NCBI GenBank assembly: GCA_045614425.1
Contig: JAZLCX010000143.1
Span: forward strand, 24,509-88,508
Source: Eubacteriales bacterium
GTDB lineage: Bacteria > Bacillota > Clostridia > Oscillospirales > CAG-272
Length of the DNA: 64,000 nt
Reading direction: 5' to 3'
Part shown: positions 39,643 through 48,775 of the stretch, one piece after another
How the letters are laid out: each line of letters starts with the position of its first letter
How positions within the stretch are numbered: the stretch's first letter is position 1
Program-made: the position numbers and the translations under genes
The notes under the pieces: model-generated
What the model was told of the DNA's origin: nothing
The model's database searches: none
What the model saw: the letters and a program-made list of their open reading frames with translations, nothing else

Positions 39643-40805
39643 AAATATTTAATCCAATAGGCGACAAGCGTAAAAGCTCGCTTTTAATCAAAAACACACC
39701 TAAATGTGACCTGTTTTTTACTGTCACGGTTTTAATGCTCTCGCTTTACGGCACGGTTATGGTTTTCAGCGCGGGTTATGCATACGCATACGCGAGATAC
39801 GATGACGGAGCATATTTTATGAAAAGACAGGTGGTTTGGTTGGCGCTAGGTCTTTTAATCATGCTTATCGCCTCATATATAAGGCCATCGTTTTATAAAA
39901 AGATAACGCCTATTCTTTATATTGCGACTTTAGCTCTGCTTCTGCTTGTTCTCGTTATCGGAATGGTTGGAAACGGCGCTAAACGGTGGATTTCTATTGG
40001 CCCGCTCACTTTACAACCCTCGGAGATCGCAAAAATCACAATCATATTGATGCTATCGAAATATTTTACAGACTATGAGGACCGAGCTTTGTCACAAAAA
40101 AACAAGAGAAACGTTTTTCTTTACGGAACGGTTTTTCCTATAATTCTGATGCTAATACCGATAGTCCTTGTAATGCTTCAAAAGCATCTGTCTTGTATAA
40201 TAATTCTGGGTGCAATAGGCCTTTTGATGATAGTCGCGAGCGGTGCCAATCTAAAATACATATCATTTTTTTGCGGCGTAGGTGTTGCAGGCGTCAGCGC
40301 TTTGGCACTCTTCACGGATTATACCAAGGAACGAATTACGGTATGGAGAAATCCCGAGGCATATAAGCTGACAGGAGGATGGCAAACACTTCAAGGACTT
40401 ATGGCTATAGGCTCGGGCGGCTTTTTCGGTGTGGGACTTGGAAACAGCGTAATGAAACACTGCTACGTTTCCGAGCCTGCGAATGATATGATTTTTGCAA
40501 TTTTATGCGAGGAGTTAGGTTTCGTGGGCGCGTTTTTTGCCCTTTTCCTCTTCGCGCTTTTAGTATACAGAGGATACGTAATCTCGGTTAAAGCGGCAGA
40601 CGTATTTTCAAGGCTTGTCGCCTTTGGTATAAGTTCAAAAATGGCGATTCAGGTTTTGCTTAACGTGGCCGTTGTCACAAACACAATTCCGAACACCGGA
40701 ATTTCTCTTCCTTTTTTCAGCTACGGTGGCTCTTCACTAATAATGATTTTCTTTGAAATGGGCATACTTTTGTCAATATCAAGATATTCAAAAATTACGA
40801 AATAA
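39639..40805 (+). CDS. ftsW: SEDS-family peptidoglycan polymerase FtsW/SpoVE
   Basis: ATGA overlap with the mraY stop (MKIFNPIGDKR). The track start at 39552 lies inside mraY. Polytopic, with the SEPANDMIFA block. Confidence 0.9.
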   Translation: MKIFNPIGDKRKSSLLIKNTPKCDLFFTVTVLMLSLYGTVMVFSAGYAYAYARYDDGAYFMKRQVVWLALGLLIMLIASYIRPSFYKKITPILYIATLALLLLVLVIGMVGNGAKRWISIGPLTLQPSEIAKITIILMLSKYFTDYEDRALSQKNKRNVFLYGTVFPIILMLIPIVLVMLQKHLSCIIILGAIGLLMIVASGANLKYISFFCGVGVAGVSALALFTDYTKERITVWRNPEAYKLTGGWQTLQGLMAIGSGGFFGVGLGNSVMKHCYVSEPANDMIFAILCEELGFVGAFFALFLFALLVYRGYVISVKAADVFSRLVAFGISSKMAIQVLLNVAVVTNTIPNTGISLPFFSYGGSSLIMIFFEMGILLSISRYSKITK

Positions 40806-40822
40806 GGAGAATCTGTCAGGAT

Positions 40823-41929
40823 ATGAGAGTAATATTTTCGGGCGGCGGGACAGCGGGACACGTGACGCCCGCAATAGCGATAGCGGAAGCACTGATCGAA
40901 AAAGAAAAAAACTGTGAAATACTTTTTATCGGTCGCGAGGGCGGAGAGGAAAACAAAGCGGTCGAAGACCGCGGATTCCCAATAGAAACACTACGAATTA
41001 AAGGTTTTGAGCGCAAAATAAATTTCACAAATATCAAAAACGTTTTTGTTGCGATAAATGCCTTGAACAAAGCAAAATCTATCATAAAGGACTTTTCTCC
41101 CGACGTTGTTATAGGTACCGGCGGTTATGTCTGCTGGCCGGTTTTAAAATCTGCGGCAAAGCTCGGCATTCCAACCGTTATACACGAATCAAACGCTTCG
41201 CCGGGTCTGGTCACAAAGCTCCTCGCACCAAAATGCTCCCGTGTGCTTCTAAACCTCAAGGGCTCGGAAAAGGAGTTTCGCAGAAAGGACAATATACGTA
41301 TTGTAGGTAACCCTGTACGAGAGGATTTTTTCTCACTCAACAAAGGCACTGCCAGAAAAAAGCTCGGGATCAAGAAAAACGAATTTCTCATTTGTTCCTT
41401 CGGCGGAAGCGGCGGCGCGGAAAAACTGAACGAAATTATGATAGAACTGATGTATTCCCACTCTACCAAAAACAAACGGTTAAAACACGTACATTCGGCA
41501 GGAAAACGGTATTTTGACGAAATAAAAAAAGCTCATCCCGAGCTGACGCGAGGATATAATGGATGTCTTATTAAGCCATATATTGATGATATGCCGTCAT
41601 ATATTCTTGCAGCAGATATCGTAATTTCCAGATGCGGAGCCATGACACTGGCAGAACTAAGTGCGGCCGGCTCTGTCGCGATACTCATCCCCTCGCCAAA
41701 CGTAACCAATAACCATCAGTATAAAAACGCCCTTTTGGCAACAGAGAATTCTGCCGCTGTGATGATAGAAGAAAAGAATTTAAATCTCAGGCGTATTTTA
41801 GACGAAATCAAACGGCTTGAGTCAGACTCGGCAACAAGGAAAACTTTATCCGAAAACATGACGTTACTATGCAACAGAAACTCCAAAAACGACATCGCTG
41901 ACGAAATTATCAATTTGACGAAAAAATAG
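40823..41929 (+). CDS. murG: UDP-N-acetylglucosamine--N-acetylmuramyl-(pentapeptide) pyrophosphoryl-undecaprenol GlcNAc transferase
   Basis: 368 aa with GGGTAGHVTPA. Confidence 0.95.
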   Translation: MRVIFSGGGTAGHVTPAIAIAEALIEKEKNCEILFIGREGGEENKAVEDRGFPIETLRIKGFERKINFTNIKNVFVAINALNKAKSIIKDFSPDVVIGTGGYVCWPVLKSAAKLGIPTVIHESNASPGLVTKLLAPKCSRVLLNLKGSEKEFRRKDNIRIVGNPVREDFFSLNKGTARKKLGIKKNEFLICSFGGSGGAEKLNEIMIELMYSHSTKNKRLKHVHSAGKRYFDEIKKAHPELTRGYNGCLIKPYIDDMPSYILAADIVISRCGAMTLAELSAAGSVAILIPSPNVTNNHQYKNALLATENSAAVMIEEKNLNLRRILDEIKRLESDSATRKTLSENMTLLCNRNSKNDIADEIINLTKK

Positions 41930-42062
41930 TTTCTGCCACGGAATATCGCAAGAAAATAAAGTTGTTTTTGTCGAACAAATGACAGCCTTTGTCTTTCTGC
42001 CACACATTTTAACGTTTTTTAAGAGAAAAACTGATAACAAAGTGTGAATTAGAAAAAAACTG

Positions 42063-42091
42063 TTGCAATTATTCCCGTTTCAATATATAAT
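42063..42091 (+). promoter_or_regulatory. Sigma-A-type promoter upstream of ftsZ
   Basis: TTGCAA (42063-42068), 17 nt, TATAAT (42086-42091). A second TGTATAAT lies 10 nt downstream. Confidence 0.5.
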
Positions 42092-42162
42092 ATTTATGTA
42101 TAATACTATATACAAATATAAAATATTTTCAAATATAACTATTTGATATGGAGGACTGAAAC

Positions 42163-43383
42163 GTGGAATTTGATTTTGAACAGGCATACGACAGTGGCGT
42201 TAATATAAAAGTTATCGGTGTAGGCGGCGGCGGAAACAATGCTGTTAACCGTATGATATCAACCAATATAAGAGGCGTGGAATTCATCGCTATGAATACG
42301 GACAAGCAGGCTCTTAATACCTCTTGTGCGGCAAAAAAACTCGTTATCGGAGATAAAATTACAAAGGGCCTTGGCGCAGGCTCCAATCCCGAAGTGGGAA
42401 AAAGAAGCGCCGAGGAATCCATTGAGAGCATCCGCGAAATTCTCGACGGTGCAGATATGGTATTTATCACCGCCGGAATGGGCGGAGGAACCGGTACGGG
42501 TGCTGCTCCCATAGTTGCAAAAGCTGCTCACGAAATGGGAATTTTGACAGTCGGTATCGTTACCAAGCCCTTCTCGTTTGAAGGTATAAAGAGATACAGA
42601 CAGGCAGAAGCCGGAATCGCTGAGCTCTCAAAATACGTTGACTCGCTTATAGTTATCCCCAACGAGCGTTTGAAGCAGGTTGAGGATACCCACATTACCC
42701 TCGCGAATGCATTCGAAATTGCCGATGACGTTCTTCGCCGCGGTGTGCAGTCAGTATCCGAGCTTATCAACGTTCCCGGATTCATAAACCTTGACTTTGC
42801 AGACGTTACCACTATTATGAAGAATGCCGGATATGCTCACATGGGTGTCGGTGCGGCTAAAGGCTCCGACAAGGCTCAGCTTGCTTCTATGGCGGCAATA
42901 TCCTCTCCCCTGCTCGAAACCAGCATTTCTGGTGCAATGGGTGTTCTCGTATGCATAACAGCATCTCAGGATATTCAGCTTGATGAGGTTAACCTCGCTT
43001 CTCAGCTTATTCAAGAGGAAGCTCATCCCGATGCTACAATTATTTGGGGCGCGACGCTTGACCCGTCACTCGAGGACGAGATGAGAGTTACCATTATAGC
43101 TACCGGATTTTCTCAGCCCGTTAACAAGATAGCTAATTTGGTTAAGGATTCAGAGGCTGCCCCCAAGACTCAGACTCCCGCAGTTGAACAGCCCGAGGCT
43201 ATAGCTCCCGTGGTTGAGGAGGTTGCCAACGAAGCCCTTGCAACCGCATCTGACAGTGCGCCAGTAGCCGAGGACAAGCCGGAAACAATCGTCAACGTCA
43301 TCCGTACAAGAAGCACTCCCAAGGAGTCAGCTTCGGATTATGACAACCTTTTCGCAAACATAAAAAGACCTAATTTCAAGTAA
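42163..43383 (+). CDS. ftsZ: Cell division protein FtsZ
   Basis: 406 aa with [10 protein letters not shown] and [13 protein letters not shown] start lies 7 nt after GGAGGA. Ala/Pro/Glu-rich linker and a C-terminal peptide. Confidence 0.97.
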   Translation: MEFDFEQAYDSGVNIKVIGVGGGGNNAVNRMISTNIRGVEFIAMNTDKQALNTSCAAKKLVIGDKITKGLGAGSNPEVGKRSAEESIESIREILDGADMVFITAGMGGGTGTGAAPIVAKAAHEMGILTVGIVTKPFSFEGIKRYRQAEAGIAELSKYVDSLIVIPNERLKQVEDTHITLANAFEIADDVLRRGVQSVSELINVPGFINLDFADVTTIMKNAGYAHMGVGAAKGSDKAQLASMAAISSPLLETSISGAMGVLVCITASQDIQLDEVNLASQLIQEEAHPDATIIWGATLDPSLEDEMRVTIIATGFSQPVNKIANLVKDSEAAPKTQTPAVEQPEAIAPVVEEVANEALATASDSAPVAEDKPETIVNVIRTRSTPKESASDYDNLFANIKRPNFK

Positions 43384-43396
43384 TAAGTAAACATAG

Positions 43397-43438
43397 AAAA
43401 AGAAGACCGATATCAGCTCGGCCTTCTTTTTCTTTTTC
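43397..43438. terminator. Terminator after ftsZ (usable in both directions)
   Basis: AGAAGACCGA / TCGGCCTTCT stem (43401-43410 / 43418-43427) with a T-rich run after it and an A-rich run before it. Confidence 0.7.
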
Positions 43439-43455
43439 AAAAATACATTTTTCCG

Positions 43456-43602
43456 TCATGTGTAAAAAGCAACAAAAAAGCAAGTATATATTTTTCCGTT
43501 GTGCCATTTTTGAATACTTTCGCACATTTTTAAGTGTTTTTCTGCCTTTTTACCCGCTAAATATCGGATTTGTATACTTTTTTCGTTGAAAGATTTCAAC
43601 AT
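43456..43602 (-). CDS. Speculative small ORF (48 aa)
   Basis: Below the ORF-track cut-off. AAGAGG lies 8 nt upstream of ATG 43602. My translation is MLKSFNEKSIQIRYLAGKKAEKHLKMCESIQKWHNGKIYTCFFVAFYT, with TGA at 43458-43456. No convincing promoter was found. Confidence 0.3.
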   Translation of the reverse strand: MLKSFNEKSIQIRYLAGKKAEKHLKMCESIQKWHNGKIYTCFFVAFYT

Positions 43603-43639
43603 TTTATTTTCCTCTTTAAGTTTTCAACACTTTTCAACA
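43585..43639. repeat. Four TTTCAAC(A)/GTTGAAA half-sites
   Basis: Palindrome GTTGAAAGATTTCAAC at 43585-43600, plus TTTCAACA at 43622-43629 and 43632-43639. They surround the SD and start of the 48-codon ORF. Confidence 0.6.
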
Positions 43640-43704
43640 TCCCTTTTCGGTTCTAAAAACATTTATTAACCGATACGATGTTTGGAAACGGAAATGTATA
43701 TTTT

Positions 43705-43745
43705 GCAAAAAAATCCTGCCCCCTCAAACGAGGAAGCAGGATTTT
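43705..43745 (-). terminator. Intrinsic terminator of the MreB-like/peptide operon
   Basis: On the minus strand: AATCCTGC..CCTC-GTTT-GAGG..GCAGGATT followed by TTTTTTT. Confidence 0.7.
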
Positions 43746-43762
43746 GATTTTCTATTTTGTGA

Positions 43763-43876
43763 TTACAGAAAATAAACAACTACTCCGAGAACGACCGCTA
43801 AAAGCATAACGAATGCAAGACCGCCCGCTATTACCCTTGTAGTCAAAGACACCGTTTTTTTCTCTTGCTTTTTCAT
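43763..43876 (-). CDS. Small bitopic membrane peptide (37 aa)
   Basis: Below the ORF-track cut-off. AAGGAG lies 8 nt upstream. ATGA overlap with the stop of the MreB-like gene. My translation is MKKQEKKTVSLTTRVIAGGLAFVMLLAVVLGVVVYFL. Confidence 0.5.
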   Translation of the reverse strand: MKKQEKKTVSLTTRVIAGGLAFVMLLAVVLGVVVYFL

Positions 43877-44922
43877 TTTTTAGTCTCCTTATTACTTTTA
43901 GATTGTTGCTTACTTTCGTAAAGCTTTGCGAGCTGTGAGGTTATATTTTTGCCGTTAATTCGCGACTTGGCAGGTATGAAAGCATTTATTCTCGCAAGTC
44001 CCTTGGACACACTGTCAATCGGTGAAGACGGCATTGTTACCGAGATTCCGAACACCTTCTCTATCATAGTGTCAAGACCGTATATCTGCGCACCGCCGCC
44101 GGTCAGTATGATACCGTTTTCAAAAATATCCTCGACGCACTCAATCGGTATTTTTTTCACTGCATTAGCAATCGTCTCGAGCAACTTTTTAAGCGGCTGT
44201 TCAAAAACGCCTACTATATCCTCAGTGGAAAGGCTCATTTTTACTCGGCTGCCCGTAAGTGAAAGAGTTCCTTCGATGTCTATGCTTTCTGACGGCCTTC
44301 CCTGCCATACAGCGCCCAAAGACTCCTTTATAGTACGCGCTATAAGAAGAGAAACGGTCATATCGCCCTGCTCAAAAATAAACTGCTTGACGGCCTTATC
44401 AAAGTCCTCTCCGCCAATAAGCTCGCGAATGCTGAACAGAATGTTTCCTTTATGTACTACGGCTATTTCGGTTGCGACCGCTCCGATATTTACGGACACT
44501 GCACTTATTGACGGTGAATACCCCGCTCCGATAAGCGCCGCTATTGCGGGCGTTACAGAGCACGACTCGGATACACCTGCCTGACTCAGCATCTTAAATA
44601 TCTCCGACTCCTGTTTGGGAATAAAATCGGATGGCAAAGCTATCACACAGCGAATTTTATCCGCACCCTCAACCGCGCTTACAGCGTGCTTTATAATCTC
44701 TCTTGTTAAATCAGATGAATAAAGCAGTCCGTTTTTAAACGGGCGCACGAGCATTCCACCGGTAGCATCCCCCTCGGATAGCGCTGCGCGAGCACCTACG
44801 GAAATAACCTGGCGCGTATTTTTATCGACAAGCACAACCGAGGGCTCTCGGTAGACTTCGGCCGTAACGTTACTGATTGTAAGATTTGCATATCCAAGGT
44901 CAAGACCGATTTTAGTAGTCAT
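43873..44922 (-). CDS. MreB-like actin-fold protein, divergent nucleotide-binding motifs
   Basis: 349 aa with MreB-type blocks REPSVV, VRPFKNGLL and LTGGGAQIYGLD. The phosphate motifs read DLGYANLT and NIGAVATE. Basic Lys/Ser/Gln C-terminal tail. No mreC/mreD adjacent. Confidence 0.8.
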   Translation of the reverse strand: MTTKIGLDLGYANLTISNVTAEVYREPSVVLVDKNTRQVISVGARAALSEGDATGGMLVRPFKNGLLYSSDLTREIIKHAVSAVEGADKIRCVIALPSDFIPKQESEIFKMLSQAGVSESCSVTPAIAALIGAGYSPSISAVSVNIGAVATEIAVVHKGNILFSIRELIGGEDFDKAVKQFIFEQGDMTVSLLIARTIKESLGAVWQGRPSESIDIEGTLSLTGSRVKMSLSTEDIVGVFEQPLKKLLETIANAVKKIPIECVEDIFENGIILTGGGAQIYGLDTMIEKVFGISVTMPSSPIDSVSKGLARINAFIPAKSRINGKNITSQLAKLYESKQQSKSNKETKK

Positions 44923-45002
44923 AACGCGCTCCTTTCCGTAGTAGTTTTCCCTATTTTTATATTATACTATAACGTCCCACAAATTTCAAGTATATTTTAA
45001 AA

Positions 45003-47219
45003 TTAACAAGACTTTAGAGCAGAAATGCGTTCTTTTAAAGTGGTATACCGCAAAATTTCTCTGTCGTTATCCACCATTTTTTTCGGTATATCGCGCCGTC
45101 CGACTACGATTACCATTCTCTTTGCACGAGTTACCGCAGTATAAAGAAGGTTTCTTGTCATAAGCATTGGCGCGCACTGATATGACGGAATTATGACAAC
45201 CGGATACTCGCTTCCCTGACTTTTATGTACGGTTATTGCGTACGCAAGCTCAAGGTCCTCAAGCAAATCAAAATCGTACTGAACGGTTTTATCGTCAAAG
45301 CGAACAGTCATCGTGCTCTCATTGCAGTTTATGCTGTCAATGACACCTATATCACCGTTGAAAATGCCGTTACCTACGTAACCGTTCTTTTCCCATTCGA
45401 TGTCATAATTATTTACGGTTTGCATTACTCGGTCGCCCTCGCGAAAAACAGTGCCGTGGCTCAGTTTTTCCTTTTTGAACTTAGCGGGAGGATTTATGCG
45501 AGCCTGAAGTTCAAGATTTAAGAGCTCGACGCCGCCCGAACCCTTTTTAGACGGTGTTATTACCTGTATTTCGTTTTTGATATGCGCGCCGTACCTTTTA
45601 GGCAGACGCTCGGTTATCAGAGAAGAAATTGTGCCTTTAATGTCACCTTCAAATTCCCTGTTTACAAAGAAGAAATCGTTATCGGTAACGTTGAGCAACG
45701 GCTCTTCTCCCCTGTTTATTCTGTGCGCATTGGTAACTATCAAACTTTCGCCGGACTGACGGAAAATGTCGGTAAGGCGGACAATTTTAATTTTCTCGCT
45801 GGCTATCAGGTCGGCAAAAACATTTCCTGCCCCCACACTCGGAAGCTGGTCGGCATCGCCGATCAGTATAAGTCTTGAGCCCCTCTTCATAGCACGAAGA
45901 AGCGCCGCAGTAAGCGAGAGATCCATCATAGAAGTCTCGTCTACAATCACAACTCTCTCATCAAGCGGATGCCTTTCGTCACGTCCGAAGCGGCTCTTAC
46001 GCTCACGGGTAATTTCCATTTCAAGCATTCTGTGAACGGTTTTTGCCTCTCTCGCGGTTGTTTCGCCAAGACGCTTTGCCGCTCTGCCTGTAGGCGCGGC
46101 CAGGGCGCATTTCATTCCAAGCGAGTCAAATATTTCTATGAGCGCCTTTACTACGGTTGTCTTACCCGTTCCGGGACCGCCGGTGAGTATCATAACTCCG
46201 TTTCTCAGCGCCTCATATATAGCTTCCTTCTGCATACGGGCATATTCTATACCCAGCCTTAATTCAAGCTTCTCTACGAGCAACCCTACGTCAGCCCGAG
46301 AAAAACTCGAAGCACCAAGATCGAGTTCCAAAAGCCGCTCGGATATATACTCTTCTGCCTCGAAAATCTCGTTTGTCATAACGAAATTTACTCCGTCTTT
46401 GGAATATGAGCTCAGAGACCCGTCTTTGCAAAAATCCAAAAGCATCTCTTGTATTACAGCGATGTCAGCCTCAACAAGCTCCGATGTTTCTTTAGTGAGA
46501 ATAGACATTGGAAGGCAGGTATGACCGTGAGTTACGGCATTATAAGATAAGAGGTACTTCGCCGCGCTTAATATTCTTATAGGATCAAGCGGCGAAAAAG
46601 ACAAGGTTTTTGCAAATGCATCTATTTTCTTGAATGAAATTCCGTATTCCTCATCGCAAAGCACATACGGATTTTCTTTAATAATCGATGCAGCACCTGC
46701 ACCAAGCCTCTTGTATGCGCGTGTAGCCTCAGAGGTGGCGATATAATCCTTGCAAAGCATCATAATGTCGCGCAGACCCGCTTGCTCACGGAATGCAGAG
46801 GATATGGCCGCCGCCTTCTTCATAGTGATGCCCTGAATATCCGAGAGCCATTCCGGGTGATTTTCTATTACATCAAAGCTATCAGCCCGAAATCTGTTAA
46901 CGATTCGAAGCGCGGTTGCAGGTCCAACACCTTTTATTGCTCCCGAGGAAAGATAACGGATTATTCCCTCCTCATCGCTTGGCAGACTCTTTTCATACTC
47001 CTCAAATCCAAACTGCTTTCCAAAGTCCTTATGATAAGACCACGAGCCTCTTAAAATCAGCTTTTCACCCTCGCACGTCACGGGAATAACTCCAACCGCC
47101 GTTATAAGCTCGTTTTCGGGAGTGGCAATCTCCAAAACGGTATAATCGTTGTTCTCGTTGCGGTATACCACGTTTTCAACCGTGCCGCTTACCGTCTCGT
47201 ATGTACGAATACTGTCCAT
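45003..47219 (-). CDS. recD2: RecD2-type SF1B DNA helicase (RecD/TraA family)
   Basis: 738 aa. N-terminal HhH region, Walker A GGPGTGKTT and Walker B VIVDETSM. AGGAGG SD. Confidence 0.9.
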   Translation of the reverse strand: MDSIRTYETVSGTVENVVYRNENNDYTVLEIATPENELITAVGVIPVTCEGEKLILRGSWSYHKDFGKQFGFEEYEKSLPSDEEGIIRYLSSGAIKGVGPATALRIVNRFRADSFDVIENHPEWLSDIQGITMKKAAAISSAFREQAGLRDIMMLCKDYIATSEATRAYKRLGAGAASIIKENPYVLCDEEYGISFKKIDAFAKTLSFSPLDPIRILSAAKYLLSYNAVTHGHTCLPMSILTKETSELVEADIAVIQEMLLDFCKDGSLSSYSKDGVNFVMTNEIFEAEEYISERLLELDLGASSFSRADVGLLVEKLELRLGIEYARMQKEAIYEALRNGVMILTGGPGTGKTTVVKALIEIFDSLGMKCALAAPTGRAAKRLGETTAREAKTVHRMLEMEITRERKSRFGRDERHPLDERVVIVDETSMMDLSLTAALLRAMKRGSRLILIGDADQLPSVGAGNVFADLIASEKIKIVRLTDIFRQSGESLIVTNAHRINRGEEPLLNVTDNDFFFVNREFEGDIKGTISSLITERLPKRYGAHIKNEIQVITPSKKGSGGVELLNLELQARINPPAKFKKEKLSHGTVFREGDRVMQTVNNYDIEWEKNGYVGNGIFNGDIGVIDSINCNESTMTVRFDDKTVQYDFDLLEDLELAYAITVHKSQGSEYPVVIIPSYQCAPMLMTRNLLYTAVTRAKRMVIVVGRRDIPKKMVDNDREILRYTTLKERISALKSC

Positions 47220-47285
47220 AAAGAAAGCCCTCCTAACTTTTTTATATATTATAGCAAATTATCGTCTTCAATACAAGGCTAAAAC

Positions 47286-47316
47286 TAAAAAAGCAGGTAA
47301 AATACCTGCTTTTTTA
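47286..47316. terminator. Bidirectional terminator after metK
   Basis: AGCAGGTA-AAA-TACCTGCT flanked by AAAAA and TTTTT. Confidence 0.75.
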
Positions 47317-47319
47317 AAA

Positions 47320-48501
47320 TCAAATGCAAAGAGATTTAAGCTCGTCAGCTATATCGCAAATCTCCCACTTGACAGCAAGGTCCTCACGTCCCATATGACC
47401 GTAAGCGGCAAGCTCTTTATATATAGGCTTTCTAAGGTCGAATTTTTTGATAATAGCCGCAGGACGAAGATCAACAAGCTTCTCAACAGCAGCACTGATT
47501 TTCGCCTCGTCCACGGTAGACGTACCAAAGGTATCAATCATAACCGATACCGGACGTGCAATACCTATCGCGTATGCAATCTGAACCTCGCACTTCTCTG
47601 CAAGGCCTGCTTTTACAATATTCTTTGCAACGTATCTTGCGGCATAAGAAGCGCTGCGGTCAACCTTTGTCGGATCTTTGCCCGAAAAAGCTCCGCCGCC
47701 GTGTCTTGAATATCCGCCGTAAGTATCAACTATTATCTTTCTGCCCGTAAGACCGGTATCACCCTGAGGACCGCCGATGACAAATCTTCCTGTCGGATTA
47801 ACGTATATATTCATCTTTCCGTCGATAAGCTCTCTAGGAATAACAGGCAAAATTACGTTTTCAATTATATCCTTACGGATAGTAGCCGAATCGATTTCGG
47901 GGCTGTGCTGAGAGGACACAACCACCGTATCAACCCTCTTCGGCTCACCGTCTATGTATTCAACTGTAACCTGTGTTTTTCCGTCGGGGCGAAGATAAGA
48001 AAGCTTGCCCGATTTTCTGACCTCGGTGAGCTTCTTCGCAAGACGGTGGGAAAGAGAAATGGGAAGAGGCATAAGCTCGGGGGTTTCATTGCAGGCATAT
48101 CCGAACATAAGTCCCTGGTCGCCGGCTCCCGTATCAAGCTCATCGGTCATATCACCGTCCTTGGCTTCAAGGCACTTGTCAACTCCAAGTGCGATATCAG
48201 CGCTCTGCTCATGTATCGAGCTAAGCACAGCGCAGGTGGTGGCATCAAAACCGTACTTTGCTCTGTCATAGCCGATTTCGCTTACGGTTTCGCGCACTAT
48301 CTTTTGCACGTCAATCTTTGCCTTAGTAGTGATTTCTCCCATTACGGTAATTATACCCGTAGTAGCAAACGTCTCACAAGCGACACGGCTCTCCGGGTCC
48401 TGTGCAAGTATTTCATCAAGAATTGCATCTGAAACCTTGTCGCATATTTTGTCGGGATGTCCTTCGGTTACCGACTCCGAGGTAAATAAAACTTTTTTCA
48501 T
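47320..48501 (-). CDS. metK: S-adenosylmethionine synthetase
   Basis: 393 aa with [20 protein letters not shown] and GGGAFSGKD. Confidence 0.98.
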   Translation of the reverse strand: MKKVLFTSESVTEGHPDKICDKVSDAILDEILAQDPESRVACETFATTGIITVMGEITTKAKIDVQKIVRETVSEIGYDRAKYGFDATTCAVLSSIHEQSADIALGVDKCLEAKDGDMTDELDTGAGDQGLMFGYACNETPELMPLPISLSHRLAKKLTEVRKSGKLSYLRPDGKTQVTVEYIDGEPKRVDTVVVSSQHSPEIDSATIRKDIIENVILPVIPRELIDGKMNIYVNPTGRFVIGGPQGDTGLTGRKIIVDTYGGYSRHGGGAFSGKDPTKVDRSASYAARYVAKNIVKAGLAEKCEVQIAYAIGIARPVSVMIDTFGTSTVDEAKISAAVEKLVDLRPAAIIKKFDLRKPIYKELAAYGHMGREDLAVKWEICDIADELKSLCI

Positions 48502-48529
48502 TTAAAAATCCTTTCTTTAGCCAAAGCAA

Positions 48530-48666
48530 ACAAAAAAATCGAAAATCTCACCAAGAGATTCCCGAAGTTCAGACTCATACTCATCTGTCAGGAATTAGCA
48601 CCTTGTAAAAATTACAGGTTGCCGGGTTTCACAGGGCCGGTCCCTCCGCCACTCTTGATAAGCAAT
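48530..48666 (-). promoter_or_regulatory. SAM-I (S-box) riboswitch with terminator, metK leader
   Basis: The minus strand reads CTTATCAAGAGTGGCGGAGGGACCGGCCCTGTGAAACCCGGCAACC...GGTGCTAATTCCTGACAGATGAG, matching the S-box core. It is followed by CGGGAATCTC-TTGGT-GAGATTTTCG and a U-run. A TTGATT-17-TATACT promoter lies just upstream. Confidence 0.9.
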
Positions 48667-48732
48667 ATTAAATTACGTATGTCAGTATAACATATTTTTC
48701 AAAAAAAATCAATAGCTGTCGAAAAAATGTTT

Positions 48733-48768
48733 CAAAAAATAAAGGCGAGGATAATCCCCCGCCTTTAA
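48733..48768 (-). terminator. Intrinsic terminator after the phosphofructokinase gene
   Basis: On the minus strand: AAAGGCGGGGG-ATTAT-CCTCGCCTTT followed by ATTTTTT. Confidence 0.7.
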
Positions 48769-48775
48769 GAATGCA

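Noticed and set aside
41969-41975. TGTCGAA (Spo0A-box heptamer) upstream of ftsZ.
   Set aside because: A 7-mer is expected by chance several times in 64 kb, and nothing else in the window shows that the organism sporulates.
43594-43639. TTTCAACA repeats considered as DnaA boxes or a replication or partition site.
   Set aside because: There are two mismatches to TTATCCACA in each copy. There is no dnaA/dnaN context and no AT-rich unwinding element pattern.
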